Below are positions 1-13,039 of a stretch of DNA of 58,994 bases, one piece after another (the stretch's first letter is position 1; the number at the start of each line of letters is the position of its first letter). The stretch covers positions 154,813,130 through 154,872,123 of the forward strand of contig NC_068981.1 in the NCBI RefSeq assembly GCF_001194135.2, read 5' to 3'. The notes beneath the pieces are model-generated. The model had not been told where the DNA came from. It was given only the letters and a program-made list of their open reading frames with translations, and ran no database searches. This DNA comes from Octopus bimaculoides. Taxonomy: Eukaryota. Made by a program: the position numbers and the translations under genes.

Positions 1-36
<36 letters not shown>

Positions 37-94
37 AATAATATATAAATATATGCATATATTTATACATATATGTACATACCTACATCTATAT

Positions 95-260
95 GTATAC
101 ATACATGCATATATGGGTACAGGATATCACAAAAAAAACGTTAAACACAATGAGAAACGGAAACATAAGGACGAAAACAGAAAACGAACATTTTTCGAAC
201 AACGAAAAAACAGAGAAACGAGGCATGCAACATAAAGAATATTCTCCTTCATCAGTTGTC
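95..260 (-). repeat. Penelope-like terminal-repeat fragment adjoining (AT)n
   Basis: Shares blocks (gggtacagga.atcac, ccttcatcagttgt) with the repeats at 38885-39005 and 39553-39635; abuts an (AT)n microsatellite. Assignment to PLE is inference. Confidence 0.4.
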
Positions 261-508
261 ATATATATAATATATAAATTACATTGTCAGTATTACAATT
301 GTTTGAGAGCTTACATTTTGTCTTATCACAATATGAGCATTTATCTATGTGGATTATAACTTCGATCACAAGCAGTTATAATATAGCTAGAGCTATTATT
401 TATTGTGCTGTTATAATAATTATTTAATTTCTTATTATTTTTTATTTATTTTTAATTTAACACTTAATTTTTATGGTGATTTAAACTAGCTGAACAATAT
501 TCTGAAAT

Positions 509-596
509 AATGGACCTGAAGATGTGTTGGTGGAATTATAAATCTGATGATTACATATATTCTGATCTTCCAATACTGAAACACATGTAGTTCCTT
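509..596 (+). ncRNA. Minimal type-I hammerhead ribozyme motif (PLE-type)
   Basis: CUGAAGA 516-522; stem II gtgttgg 524-530 pairs ccaatac 570-576; GAAA 578-581; stem III A581-U588 and C582-G587 with ACAU loop; GUA triplet 587-589; stem I ggac 512-515 pairs gttc 590-593. Confidence 0.6.
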
Positions 597-830
597 TCTA
601 ATTATAATTTGAACTCAAGTAAGGGTTAATGAAGGTAGTATATTATGTACCCTGCTATTGTATTAGTTTTATCTTGAAGTATTATTTCTTGATGTGCATA
701 TAAATACCACGAGATTTCTATCATAAATACTCATTATGTTCTTTTTGCATTATCTGAAATGGAATAGCCACAAATTTATTGATTGAAATCCCAATAACTG
801 AACTATATATATATATATATATATATATAT

Positions 831-1447
831 NNNNNNNNNNNNNNNNNNNNNNNNNNNNNNNNNNNNNNNNNNNNNNNNNNNNNNNNNNNNNNNNNNNNNN
901 NNNNNNNNNNNNNNNNNNNNNNNNNNNNNNNNNNNNNNNNNNNNNNNNNNNNNNNNNNNNNNNNNNNNNNNNNNNNNNNNNNNNNNNNNNNNNNNNNNNN
1001 NNNNNNNNNNNNNNNNNNNNNNNNNNNNNNNNNNNNNNNNNNNNNNNNNNNNNNNNNNNNNNNNNNNNNNNNNNNNNNNNNNNNNNNNNNNNNNNNNNNN
1101 NNNNNNNNNNNNNNNNNNNNNNNNNNNNNNNNNNNNNNNNNNNNNNNNNNNNNNNNNNNNNNNNNNNNNNNNNNNNNNNNNNNNNNNNNNNNNNNNNNNN
1201 NNNNNNNNNNNNNNNNNNNNNNNNNNNNNNNNNNNNNNNNNNNNNNNNNNNNNNNNNNNNNNNNNNNNNNNNNNNNNNNNNNNNNNNNNNNNNNNNNNNN
1301 NNNNNNNNNNNNNNNNNNNNNNNNNNNNNNNNNNNNNNNNNNNNNNNNNNNNNNNNNNNNNNNNNNNNNNNNNNNNNNNNNNNNNNNNNNNNNNNNNNNN
1401 NNNNNNNNNNNNNNNNNNNNNNNNNNNNNNNNNNNNNNNNNNNNNNN
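831..1447. other. Assembly gap flanked by (AT)n/(AC)n microsatellites
   Basis: N run. Other gaps: 37401-37514, 38484-38525, 40011-40903, 45221-45598, 46021-46397, 48442-48451, 53655-53919, 57699-58376; most border simple repeats. Confidence 0.99.
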
Positions 1448-1528
<81 letters not shown>

Positions 1529-1847
1529 CACATATATATGTGTGTATATATATACACACACACACACACATATTTATTTATATAGTGTAGCTGTAAGTCA
1601 GACTATTTATTTCCTGTAACTTAATAGTACACATTATCTAAATTATCTATCATAGTAAAGGTTACTTCAAGCTGAATGAAAATGCAATAGGCCAGATAAG
1701 ACCCATGAGATATAGGTTCTGCAATCCTTCAATAAAGTGTATCAGCTTCTTTAAAAGGTGAACTTGAAGAAGGAAAAGAAGGAAAAGTACTAATAGTAAT
1801 TAATAAAAGAATATTTCTACAAATAGGAAACAAAATTATTGTTTTAC

Positions 1848-2105
1848 CTTAGTTACAGTGTTGGAATTACTTTCAATTTGCTTTGGAATGACTGTATCCA
1901 ATAACCCATCACAAGGGATACCCTTAGTATAGCAAAAGAAAAACACAGATAGATTCATAATGATAGTAATAACAAGCAAAACTTCTAAAATCATAGTAAT
2001 AATTGATGCTGTCATTTGCTTTGGTATAAAGCTAACTTTTATGGGATTTGGTTTATATCCTATTGAATTTTCTTCAGCTTATTTCTATTGCTTATTTTAT
2101 TGATA
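1848..2105 (-). CDS. Candidate exon encoding a small hydrophobic N-terminus (signal peptide or TM)
   Basis: Acceptor ctttttcttttcattcttctag before 2105; ATG at 2015; MTASIITMILEVLLVITIIMNLSVFFFCYTKGIPCDGLLDTVIPKQIESNSNTVTK; phase-0 donor AAG|GTAAAA at 1848/1847. No homology recognised. Confidence 0.3.
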
Positions 2106-2529
2106 CTAGAAGAATGAAAAGAAAAAGAGGTAGCTGAAACTAATTACTCTCCATCTATGTTATTATATTTATACAGCAGTTATCATATTATGGATTGCAA
2201 TCAGAGCTCAACAACAGTCACTGCTGAACTTCCAAAGTAATTAAATAACTAGTAAAAAGTATTACACTAGAAAGTGTATAATATTGACAATATTCACAGA
2301 ATTCACTATTAAATTATCTTAATTAACTACATGTAGATGTAAAGAGATTTTGGTTACAGACTAAGTAGTAGACATATAAGTGAAAAGAATTCAACTAAAG
2401 AGATAAAGTCAAATGAATTGCTAGGTATCAAGACAGAGTGACGCTGGTAATGTATAGTAAAGTTCCAGTAATTATATAACAGATATCTGTATTTTGATGC
2501 AAGCAACAATTATCACAAATGTCTTTTTT

Positions 2530-3200
2530 ATTTCTGTAGAAACAAGACTTAACATCATCAGTCATTACTTAAATGTACCTCTTATGATGGGATACACACC
2601 AATATACTTTTGATTTTCTGCTCATTGCTTACTTTATATTCAATTCTCCTCTTCACAGATAGCAAATGTTCTCCAAATCTTCCTTCCTTTTGCCCACTCT
2701 CCATATTCTCCTGTACTTACATCCAGCAGTTAACAGGACTTCTTGAACTGAACACACTGGAGGTATATACTATATTTAGTCATTAAAAATCCAACAAGAC
2801 TACTAAGTCATACATTGAAACAATGATTTTCTAAATTGGTTTCTGTCCTCACTGAACCCTTCCATTACTTCCATTCTCTATGGATACATACCCAAGATAC
2901 TGAACCATGCATTTGTTCAAGCAAGTGTTTACAACCCAGTTATCACCTAATAAGCATGTGTCTATGATCCAGTCAAATGCTACTCAGGATTTCTTGTCCA
3001 CCTCAATTATCACTGATATGAATTTTGCTAAGCCAGATGCATTGGAAATCTAATCTCCTATGTCACAATATCTTTGATCTTTTTGCCTTTAAGAACTTTG
3101 ACAGAAGCTAAACTGTTGCTCTTGGAGTATAATAGGGCTCAACCAACTTTTTAGTTTGCTTTCTTCCTCTATTAAAAATATCATCAACAATATAAAATTC
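2530..3200 (-). mobile_element. Highly decayed RTE-type LINE reverse-transcriptase remnant
   Basis: Minus-strand peptide fragments AFDWI (2966-2980, cf. KAFDRV) and QYLGYVS (2888-2902, cf. FKYLGS); many stops. Confidence 0.4.
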
Positions 3201-3269
3201 TATTTATCAGTATTTCCCATCAGACACCCATGTTCTCCAAAACATCTTGCAATAGAGACTTGACATTAA

Positions 3270-4800
3270 TCTCATTCATACAAATAAATGCTGCTGGAAT
3301 TAAGACCAAAACCACTGGACAAGTTAACATTAAATCAGCTGGACAATTCTTTCAACTTTCATCTAATATTCATGGAACTCAGTCCCATCTGGACCTCCTC
3401 CATCATCTCTCACTTACCCTGAGACACAAATCCCTCATCAATAGTTCATTTTTGCTCTATAAGCAACACTTTATACTTAAACTTCCCTTCGAAAAGTGAT
3501 GTCTAAGGCATATTTAGATTTCATTCACCCATAACTCAATTTTCTCATTGAATATCAGCAACAATGATTTCCAAATACCATAATTCTAAGTCTCCTTCCT
3601 TTGCTCCTCAAAATGCATCTACTGCCTCTACTACTTTCTGATCTCCTTCAACCACCAACAACTCTTCTTTTACTCTTCTGTTGTATCAGAGACATACATC
3701 TCCTTTCAGTCTGCTCTCTGAGATCATAATCCTCAGTAACTTCAATGATCACCATTCTACTTGACTCTCACAACAGCTAAATTTTTTGCCAAACTGAACT
3801 GTCTACAACAATTAATATCATACTCTACATGCATTCGTGACTGACACACAGAAACTCAAGATGTACTTGATCTCTTTTTCATCTCCACATTCAACCCCTC
3901 CCCGATTATTGCCATCTCTGTAATTATCAGATCATTTCACCTTTACCTAATCACAGCTACCCACCACATCTCCATCCCTGATCTCCCAGACCTTATGGTA
4001 ATTCAAGAAACCAACTGGTTAAACCTCTGCCAGTTTTATGTATATTTTCCAGAAAATGTGCTACTCTTGGTCCATCTGAGACAAGTAAATGAATGACAGC
4101 ACTCTTTGTTCTTCCCTAACAGTCCACATGCAGGTGTAGTTCACCCACAACCTAGATACCTAATGCCAAACCTGTGCTTCCTGCATGAACAGAAACCTCC
4201 AATAGAGACATGATATTCTTATTTCTTTCTACAGCATAGACACAAGCATCTTCTCTGGTTATATGAGTGCTATCATAGATGATAGTGTAGATTATTACAA
4301 ATGCTAAACCTCGTAATCACTAATGAACTTATTTTATGATCTTTCATCCATTGAAAACTGTATCCTAACGACTAACCTTCATCTTCAGGGTCATAAAATG
4401 CTTCTATTCCAAACAGTAACTAATTCACCATAAAGCCCAAGTGAAACTCCACATCTCAGGTAGTACTGTTATTATGCGCACAAACAACCTTAACCACATC
4501 AAGAAAAAATTCAACTGAAAAGCAAAAGATTCACTAATCATGACTTTATAATTTCTAGCCTACACAAGCACTGATTTTTTACTATACCTCTTCTGCTATT
4601 GCTACAATGATCTTTGTTCATCAGAGCTCACTAATTATATACAATCTCCGCTATATCCTCCCTAGTTCACTTCTCATCGTATCTACACTAACCACTTCCT
4701 ATTCCAAATATTAACCCTTTGGAATTTTCTTCCTGACCACAGGCATTAATGTACAGCTGTTTAAGTTGTATATCATCTGTATCTAACTAGTTTGGAGAGT
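3270..4800 (+). mobile_element. Decayed L2/CR1-group LINE (APE endonuclease plus 3' end, RT largely deleted)
   Basis: QINAAGIKTK (3281), IILSNFNDHHST* (3726-3764, cf. IILGDFNAHH..W), LDLFF (3866), SDH (3927), LWNFLPD (4718, cf. LWNSLP). Confidence 0.75.
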
Positions 4801-6914
4801 TTGCAAACTCTTATGCATAATCACTTCCTCTAAGTTGAAACTGTAAGGTAAAAAATAAACTATAATTCTGAATTGCTGAACTCTTCACCAAATAGACTTA
4901 AAAATCTATAACAATCCCTCATGAAGACTCTGTATTCTTTATCCAGAATATAGAAAACTGTATCACAAAAATAAGGTTTCCTTATTAAGATCAGAAAATG
5001 CTCAAATCTTGAATAGCTACTTAAAATGCATAAATACAGATTACACTTACTGATCACTTGTCTATGATAGCACACTCATACATTCATTCTTGACTGTATC
5101 ATATTTACAATATTCCAGAAACACTAATTTACTTTGTGGTTGTGGCCTCTCTTTTCTGCTTCTTCTATAACCATAATGGACTCTGATCCTTTGAATTTGC
5201 TAATATTATATAACACCCACCTATCACATTTCTAAAAATGTACCTTAATTTCCAGATCACTCATTAGACATTTTGTCCAATGTTTTGTCCACTACTTTGG
5301 ATTTGCATGATCTGAATTTCCATCTTCAACTATTCAGTGATGGTACCAACATGGGAGCCTCTACACAGTTGATTAAATATGCTGAAATAATAGCAACCAA
5401 ATCTCCCTCAAATAACATCTGTCCTTGATATGTAACAAGATGGGATACTTGGATCTAGAATGCCTTTAACCATAGGTTTCCTTGTTCAAGAATGGCCCGG
5501 GGCTAAACAACAACAGCAAAAACAAATAAATTACGACAGAATTTGACTTTAATTACACCAATCTCCAGTTCTAGAGCGTCTTCTAAAAAGCTAATAGGAA
5601 CAAATCCTTGTTTACAAACTGAGAAATACTAATAACGCATTTTTACTCAGATCTGAGAAGAATCCTGATATTTAATAAAAGAGTTTCAACTTGTGTTTGA
5701 TCAGAGAATTTTGGAACAATTGACAGCAGTTTTCAATATTTAACAATCTTAGATTCTTTATGAAATTCAACACAAGACTTCATTTGTTTGTTTGTGTGTG
5801 TACATAAGCATGCATGTGTGCGTGTGTGTGTGTGTGTGTGTTTTAACCTAGAAACGTAACACTTTCAATACTTACATAGGATATGTTTTATTAGATTTCA
5901 TCTAATGTATCATTTCTGAAAATTGATCTGGTTAAAATTACAAAAAAAGTTAGAACTTAATTTTTGCAAATATATTGCCATGTAATTCTTTTTTTCCCAA
6001 TGCTAATATATTATTATTTGTATGTTGTTATTACATGTATATTTTATTAATTTTTGTAACTTATTGTAACATTGTAAATACAATGTCCTGAAGCAATAAA
6101 AATCCATTTAAGTGCTTCAAATTAGAAACTCACAACACTTTGCATATAGAAAGGAGGAGATAAATGTTTTAGAACTATTATGAAATATATTGATTTATCA
6201 AAATACTTCCTCTACATGACTTGCCAAAGGAAACAATGTCTGTAACAACAGCTATATAAATGCGAATTAAAGAAATTAAAGTATAAGGTACTTTAATGAT
6301 TTCAATTGTTATAATTACATGAAGTAAGTACATATTACATTTTCTTTTTTTACTCTTGATTATTCTAACCATTGTTTTTTTTTAACATTTAAAAACTGAA
6401 ATGATTTATAAAAATATTAATACCGGTAATTTGGCTACATTATCTCCAAGGCTAAAATGCTTGAATAATCACCAGTTAGTTTCTATGTGTCCATAAGCAT
6501 GTGAGGATGGGGGGAGGGGGTTAACTAATAAATACATCAGTTACCAAGACATGTGTGATTGGAATTTGCATACACTTAGAGCAATTGTTTTTACAGTCAA
6601 ATACCTTTTCTACCATTGCTTATCATTCAATTATAAAATAATGTTTGTCAGTGAAGCAAACAAGCAATTCTAGTTTCATTCCTTATTCAGGAACTCAATA
6701 CAATTACCAAAGTAATGTTTTAATTTATGACCATGTGGTCAGTAGTCCACCAGCCTAACTTTGCAGCTATGACAGTACTCAAACTATTTCCATTAACCAG
6801 AAGCAAAAAAATAACCTTGAATTGTACATTATGAAGAAGTTTTTCTAGATATGAAGACAGTATATTACAGACAATATTGATTTCAAATTTTCACACAAGG
6901 TTAGTAATATCAGG

Positions 6915-7092
6915 ACAAAAGTGAGTTGATTACACCAACCCCAGTGCTCAACTGGAACTTGTTTTATTGACTCTGAAAAGATAACAGGCAAAGCTGGCCT
7001 GTGCAGAATTTGAACTCAAAACCTGAAGATGGATGAAATGCCACAAAGCATTTCACCCAGCATGCTAATGACTTTTCCAGTTTGCCATCTTA
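6915..7092 (-). mobile_element. tRNA-derived SINE, family A (ATT tail), degenerate
   Basis: Reverse complement of the aaggcggcgagctggcagaa...gagttcaaattcc...ggggtcgat SINE seen repeatedly in the window. Confidence 0.75.
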
Positions 7093-7118
7093 CACTGCAG
7101 ATAATATTACTAGAACAT

Positions 7119-7340
7119 AAGGCAGCAAGCTGGCAGAATTGTTAGCATGCCAAGCAAAATGCTTAGTGGTATTTTGTCAGTTTGTATGTTCTGAGTTCAA
7201 ATTCCACCAAGGTTGACTTTCTTTTCATCCCCTTTTGGGTTCAATAAAATAAGTACCAGTTGAGTAATGGGGTTGATGTAAATGACTTAGCCTCTTCTCC
7301 GAAACTGCTGGCCTTGTGCCAAAATTTGAAACCAATATTA
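7119..7340 (+). mobile_element. tRNA-derived SINE, family A
   Basis: aaggcagcaagctggcagaattgttag (A-box region), gagttcaaattcc (B-box), ends ccaaaatttgaaaccaatatta. Confidence 0.85.
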
Positions 7341-7379
7341 CCAGAACATTTATGGGAACTAAGAATGATGAAACTTGGT

Positions 7380-7710
7380 AATCCTGCCAACTTACAATCA
7401 TCTGAGAACCATCTCAGAAGAGCTGTGGCTTCTGCAGCTGTAGTGAAAGCAACTCATGCAGGAACCTTAGTCACATCAAGATAAAAACAATCAACAAAGG
7501 CATTTAGGAGTCCAATAAGACAACCTTTCTATTGCTGATACAGCAAAACAATTTTTTTGTTACCAAGTTTTACACCACCATCTTAGGTATAATCAGAGGG
7601 TACATTCAAGGATAATATAGTATTATGACATGCAGCTTTGAGAACAATCTCACCAGTCTGGGAAGAGTTGCAAAGATCATTCACACTTCCTCTCTTCTCC
7701 TGACTCTGAT
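7380..7710 (+). mobile_element. Possible decayed non-LTR RT fragment (R4/Dong-like)
   Basis: Frame reads EPSQKSCG...IIRGYIQG*, resembling EQKGC...RGIFQGD; weak. Confidence 0.25.
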
Positions 7711-10700
7711 TTAACAAAAAAAACAAAATTAAATGTTCTACTCAGATATATAATGAAATAACTGCAATGCGAGCTAACTTATAACATTTGAGCTGGCAGT
7801 CTATAGCCAGTTTGCTTTTGTATGATTTCAATTAAAACAAATGGGGATTTTGAGAGAAGGTGAACTTGTTACAAAGGATCAAAGCAAGGCTTGAGCAAGA
7901 TTAAAATCTGACAAGTCTCAGTAGTTGTACATTCACTATAAATGTTAAATAGGTGGAAATAAGCCACAAAATAAATTAACTGCATGAACCATTAGAATTA
8001 ATGAAGTATTAATGAATATTATATAGTCCTCATGCACAATCAACAAAATTCAGTTTCTGAATATTCATTCTTGATTACATTTATATTTATTCTTGAATAT
8101 AAAACAGAGTGGTCAATGAGGATCTGATCAAAGACCTAATTCTTAATGTAAAATTGAAAACTGAAAAGAGAAACTTTGGCTTGAAATTAAATAATATAAT
8201 GATAAGTAAGGTTAAATTTAAAGGTCTATAGACCATATCATTCAAAGTACAATAACACAAAGGAATGTTAATTCCACCCTTAGTGTACTAAATGGAGATG
8301 TCTGCCAGTACATGCACCTATCTTATTTCATAACTAATAGAAATTATATTCAATAATATTTTGGAAAAGGTAACAGGATTGCACATATCATAAATAGCAA
8401 TCAAAGAACACTGATATAGTTTGCAGGAGTGGTATAGTTCTTGATACACCTACCTTCAAAAACATTTTCCATAATTTTCCCTAACAATGCATCTTCAAAA
8501 TATCATTCCTTCCTGCTCATATTTTCCATCTAGTAATTATAGCATTCAACATCATTATAAATTAATATTAACCACACTAGCATCACTCAATTATTGTAGT
8601 CTCCTATGGTAAGAGGTCCAAAGATTGTGATATAAATTAAGGAAGGAACACCAAAATATAGTAAACTGTGTATATACATGCCAACATGGGAACCTCTGTG
8701 TGCACATTCAACTTCACAGAAATAGCAGACAAATTTACTTCACTTTCCACCAGCTTAATCAATGGAAAGCTTTAGTCCTTGATATCAAAACATTAGAGTA
8801 TGATGAAACTATTAGTGGCTGACATCAGCAAACAGAAATACAAAATGTTTAATAAAATAAATATATATGGCATGAGGAAGAAGACGAGTCTAACATTTTG
8901 GGTTGAACTCTTCATCAGAGAGAGAGAAGAGTTGTTTAATAATCCTACATACAACCGAGTCCAAATTTAAGACAGGAGGGACAATTATAGCTTGAATGCC
9001 TTTGATCATGGATGTGCACAACCAGAGATGATGAGGGCCAAAAACAAAAACAAAATAACAGTATGTACTGGATACATACATGAAACAAATAGCTAATACA
9101 ACTTTGAACCATTTAAACACAGGGTTTACTTTAGTTAAGAGTTTAAATTCTTGTAAGGATATATGTCAGAACTAAGTGGATCATCATAGAAGAATGAATA
9201 TAAAGGAAGATAACAGGCTTCGAGATGGAAGTAGAAGATTATCAGAAGATTATCATGATGCTTATAATGTTGTTGAAGGCTGACCATCATATTTAACTAA
9301 TATATAATTGTTATTTCTACCAAGTTAAGTAACCACAAAGAAGTTTCCACAATGATTTGTAATAATACAACTTATTTTGGGAGACTTTCTTTATTTTGTT
9401 TTTATTAGTCTTAGATAAGATAATGCCTATCCCCATCTTAAGCCCTCTTAATCTATAGATTAGGATAAATAGGTGATGTTAGTGTGGTTAATGTATATTA
9501 ATAATAATGTTGAAAGCTGACCACCAAATTTAACTAATGTAACATAATTATGTGTTTAAAAAAGAAATGAAGCTTGCTGACCTTTCAAAATTTTCAAATG
9601 GATTTGTAAAATGTACATATGATTATTAGTGACCTTTAAAAAGGTACTTATTGTACAAAATACATTAGTTTTGATGGGGGACATTAAATATGACTGTCTC
9701 TTGAGGCCTATGCTGGCATTTCCCAAACAAACGCTTGTTTTATCAGTTGGGTTTTACTTTACAATTCAAAAAGTCATCATGTATTAGACTAATGGAAAAA
9801 CTAATCAATACCTTTTATTTATCAATGCAACATTTATTGCTAATGGTAGTCATTGTCAATAAAAACCAGAACATGTTTGCATTTGGATTTAATGAGGAAT
9901 TCATAATCAACAAAGAAACTGAGAGATACAAGTATTTTATCAATAAAACAAGTTTCAATGTTTGGATTATAACATACAAACTACATTGTAGTGAATTCTT
10001 TTCTCCTAATAACTTTATTTCCAATAGAAAAAAACAAAACAAAAACATAACTTTCTCAGAATTATCTGATTCACCTCCTCTCCTAGCCTGTGCCATTATA
10101 TAATTATCATTTATTGCTTTCAGCATCAAAAATAAACATATGAATTACAGCTGGCTGTTTACAACATATGATTATTACCATTGTAATTATATATACAGCA
10201 CTGTAAAGTAGAGTAGGGCCTCACTAAACAATGCAATCAATCCTAACTTAATGACAATAATGGCAATCTTTGAAGACATTTAAATTTTTGGTTTCCAATA
10301 TCCAATTCCAATCTGGTTTTTAGGCAAGAAAGTGATCTAGTCAAAAATTTATGACTTTCCTTTTTTTTTAGAAGAGTGCTATTTGAAGCCCTAGAATGGA
10401 TTTTAATTCCCGTGAGGCATTGCATTAAAAAAATAAATGTAAATTGAATTCTAATTCTAGAGCAGCAATAATTTGAAGTACTAGTAACAGGCTATAGACT
10501 TACAAAAATAGAGGTTACTGCAATTTAACCTTCAAATGAAACCTTATTTCAGTTTGTCCATCACCTTGTGAAAAGTCAATAAATGGTATTATTGCAATGC
10601 TATTAATGGTAAGAGAGAAACAAACTGCTGACTGTCACTTTATCTTGTTGAAGTAAACAGAGACAAAACATATAAGTGAAACCTGTTACAGACAGAGTAT

Positions 10701-11708
10701 GCATGATAGACAAAATAGTGATTGTTGGCTTGGGAGCATACTAGTACATCACAGGAAGCTAGGAATCCTGAAAAGTTTTTTTGTTTTTTTAAGATTGTGT
10801 TACCTGAATTACATAAACTTAGAAATGTCATTGTGGAAAATGCATTCAAATCATATACTACAGTGGATCAGCACAGATACTAAATTTACAATTCAACTAA
10901 TTCTCTAGAAGACTTTTTGGCTAAAAGAAGTCTTGTGAAGTGAAAATTTAATGACAGACAAGCTGCTGGCAACTAATGATTTCAGATAGAGGTTAAGGTA
11001 ATTTTTCATTGATTTTTCTTCCAGGAAAATTTAGCTAGCCATCACAACAAATTATATCTTTTCCCAGTGGAAAATAAAACAGTGTTATTTTATATTTCTT
11101 TCCTTTTACAATAATGATGGTGGTAGTAGCCCATTTGCCATAGTTTCACACCTTTCTATCCTCAGGCTTACCATTACCCAGGTGAGAATTAATGGCAGTT
11201 CTCATCAAAAACTCCAAGCTTCATTTTTACAACATGTATAAGCTACTGGTAAAGTATTACTGCTAAGAGTGCAAAAGTGTAGAGGAACCACCATACATGT
11301 CATCCATATGAAGTAGAAGAGGAAGAGGCTGATATTGGATGTTATGACAGTGGTGGATGTGGTGGGTAAGTGGTGATGACATCTATCTAACTATTCAATG
11401 GAGAAATTTGCATTAAAAAATCCATATATAAAAACAACAATCAATCATGAAAAACCTCATGTCAAATGATAACCTTAAAATCAATGGTTTAAAGTTGGAA
11501 GTTTTTAAATTGATAGTTTAAAACTGCTACATTTTAATCCTAGATATGTAATCAATAAATAAGTATGAAGGATTCTGATTTTATTGATGCACCAAACTAA
11601 CATAGTGAAAATGCAATAATGATAAAATATTCTCTAAAGGAAAAATATCAGTTTTGAGCAAAGCATTCAAAATATCAGAATATGCAAAATAGAAAGAACA
11701 TGTATGAT

Positions 11709-11923
11709 GATAATAATCTTTCTACTAAAGGCACAAGGCCTGAAATTTGTGGGGAGGGGACTAGTCGATTACATCAACCCCAGTGCTCGACCGGGACTTC
11801 TTTTATTAACCCTGAAAGAATAAAAGGCAAAGTTGACCTTGACAGATTTGAACTCAGAATGTAATGATGGCCGAAATGCCACTAAGCATTTTGTCCAGCA
11901 CAGTAACAATTCTGAAGGCTCAC
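11709..11923 (-). mobile_element. tRNA-derived SINE, family A
   Basis: Reverse complement of the family A consensus with a taataatctttctactaaaggcacaaggcc tail end. Confidence 0.85.
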
Positions 11924-11968
11924 TATTATTATTATTGTTGTTGTTGTTGTTATGATTATTATTATAAT

Positions 11969-12422
11969 TAAGGTGGTGAGCTGGCAGAATCGTTAGTGCA
12001 CCAGGCAAAATGCTCAGCAACATTTCATCTGTCTTTATGTTCTGAGTTCAAGTTTACTTTTCATCCTTTCAAGGTTCAATAAAATAAGTACCAGTTGAGC
12101 ATTAGTGTCAACATAATCAACTTACCCACTTACCCAAAACTATTGAGCCTTATGCCAAAAAAAAAATTTGAAACAATTATTATTATCATTAAGGTGGTGA
12201 ACAGGCAGAATTATTAGTCTGTCAGACAAGATACTTTGCAGCATTTCTTCTGAAGCTTTACTTTCCCCTGCCCAAATCCCCTACAAGACCACCTTTGCTT
12301 TTTATTCTTTATGGGTCAATAAAATTAAGTACCTGTCAAGTACTGGGGGTCAATATAATTGACTTTCCACCTCCTATCAAAATTGCTGGCCTAGTGCCAA
12401 AATTTGAAACTATAAATCAAAA

Positions 12423-12474
<52 letters not shown>

Positions 12475-12710
12475 TTACTACTACTAGAACAAAGATGACA
12501 AGCTGGCAGAATGGTTAGCATGTGGGACAAAATGGTTAGCATTTATGTTCTGAGTCCAAACTCCACCAGAGCTGACTTGCTTTTATCCTTTAGGGGTTGA
12601 TAATATAAGTAGCAGTTGAACAGAGGGATCAATGTAACCAACATAACCCTTCCCCTGAAATAGTTGGCCTTGCACCAAAATTTGAAACCATTATTATTAT
12701 TGTCATTATT
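11969..12710 (+). mobile_element. Three tandem family A SINEs (11969-12190, 12190-12422, 12492-12710) with a (CTA)n run at 12423-12486
   Basis: Each begins aaggtggtga/aagatgaca + gctggcagaa and ends aaaatttgaaac + ATT repeats. Confidence 0.85.
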
Positions 12711-12711
12711 A

Positions 12712-13005
12712 TTTTTGTTTTACTTCTCAGAGTGCTCAGTCTTGTTTGCTCTGGTAGATTCTGTGAGAGCGGACAGCAGCCTGATGTCAGAGGTCTCACA
12801 GGGTCGCTTTACACACATTATAGGCTTTGATATTTGATTGTTAATAATCGTGGGTGACACTCAACATCCAAATACCAATCTCAAAATCCTAGCTGTCCCC
12901 AGCAGAGCAGTTTTTGGGGCTTGCTTACAACTACTGGAATGACAGATACTCTCCTCATAGTTCACGTACTTGCAATTTCACATTTTTTAGTAGTCTGCCT
13001 TTTTC
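12712..13005 (-). mobile_element. R4/Dong-type LINE 3' end
   Basis: Minus strand encodes APKTALLGTARILRLVF (cf. R4/Dong C-terminal QKSALLGTARILRKVL), then a short 3' UTR and an (AAT)n tail. Confidence 0.75.
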
Positions 13006-13039
13006 AATTATTATTATTAGTATTATTGTTATTATTATA

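Noticed and set aside
246-258. CUGAUGA on the minus strand (also 38990-39002) as a hammerhead core
   Set aside because: No correctly placed GAAA with stems II and III downstream.
290-335. Hammerhead-like remnant on the minus strand (caaa-caattg-ta)
   Set aside because: Palindromic loop III resembles the 37.3-kb motif, but both core halves are mutated; too degenerate to call.
721-1585. Long ORFs spanning N runs (also 39963-41479, 45183-46469, 53397-54079, 57634-58602)
   Set aside because: Artefacts of gaps and dinucleotide microsatellites.
2721-2946. Minus-strand exon ending in GTAAGT
   Set aside because: All frames are closed and the sequence is better explained as an RTE RT remnant.
8798-8826. 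C/D-box snoRNA (ATGATGA...CTGA)
   Set aside because: Boxes are only about 12 nt apart with no terminal stem.
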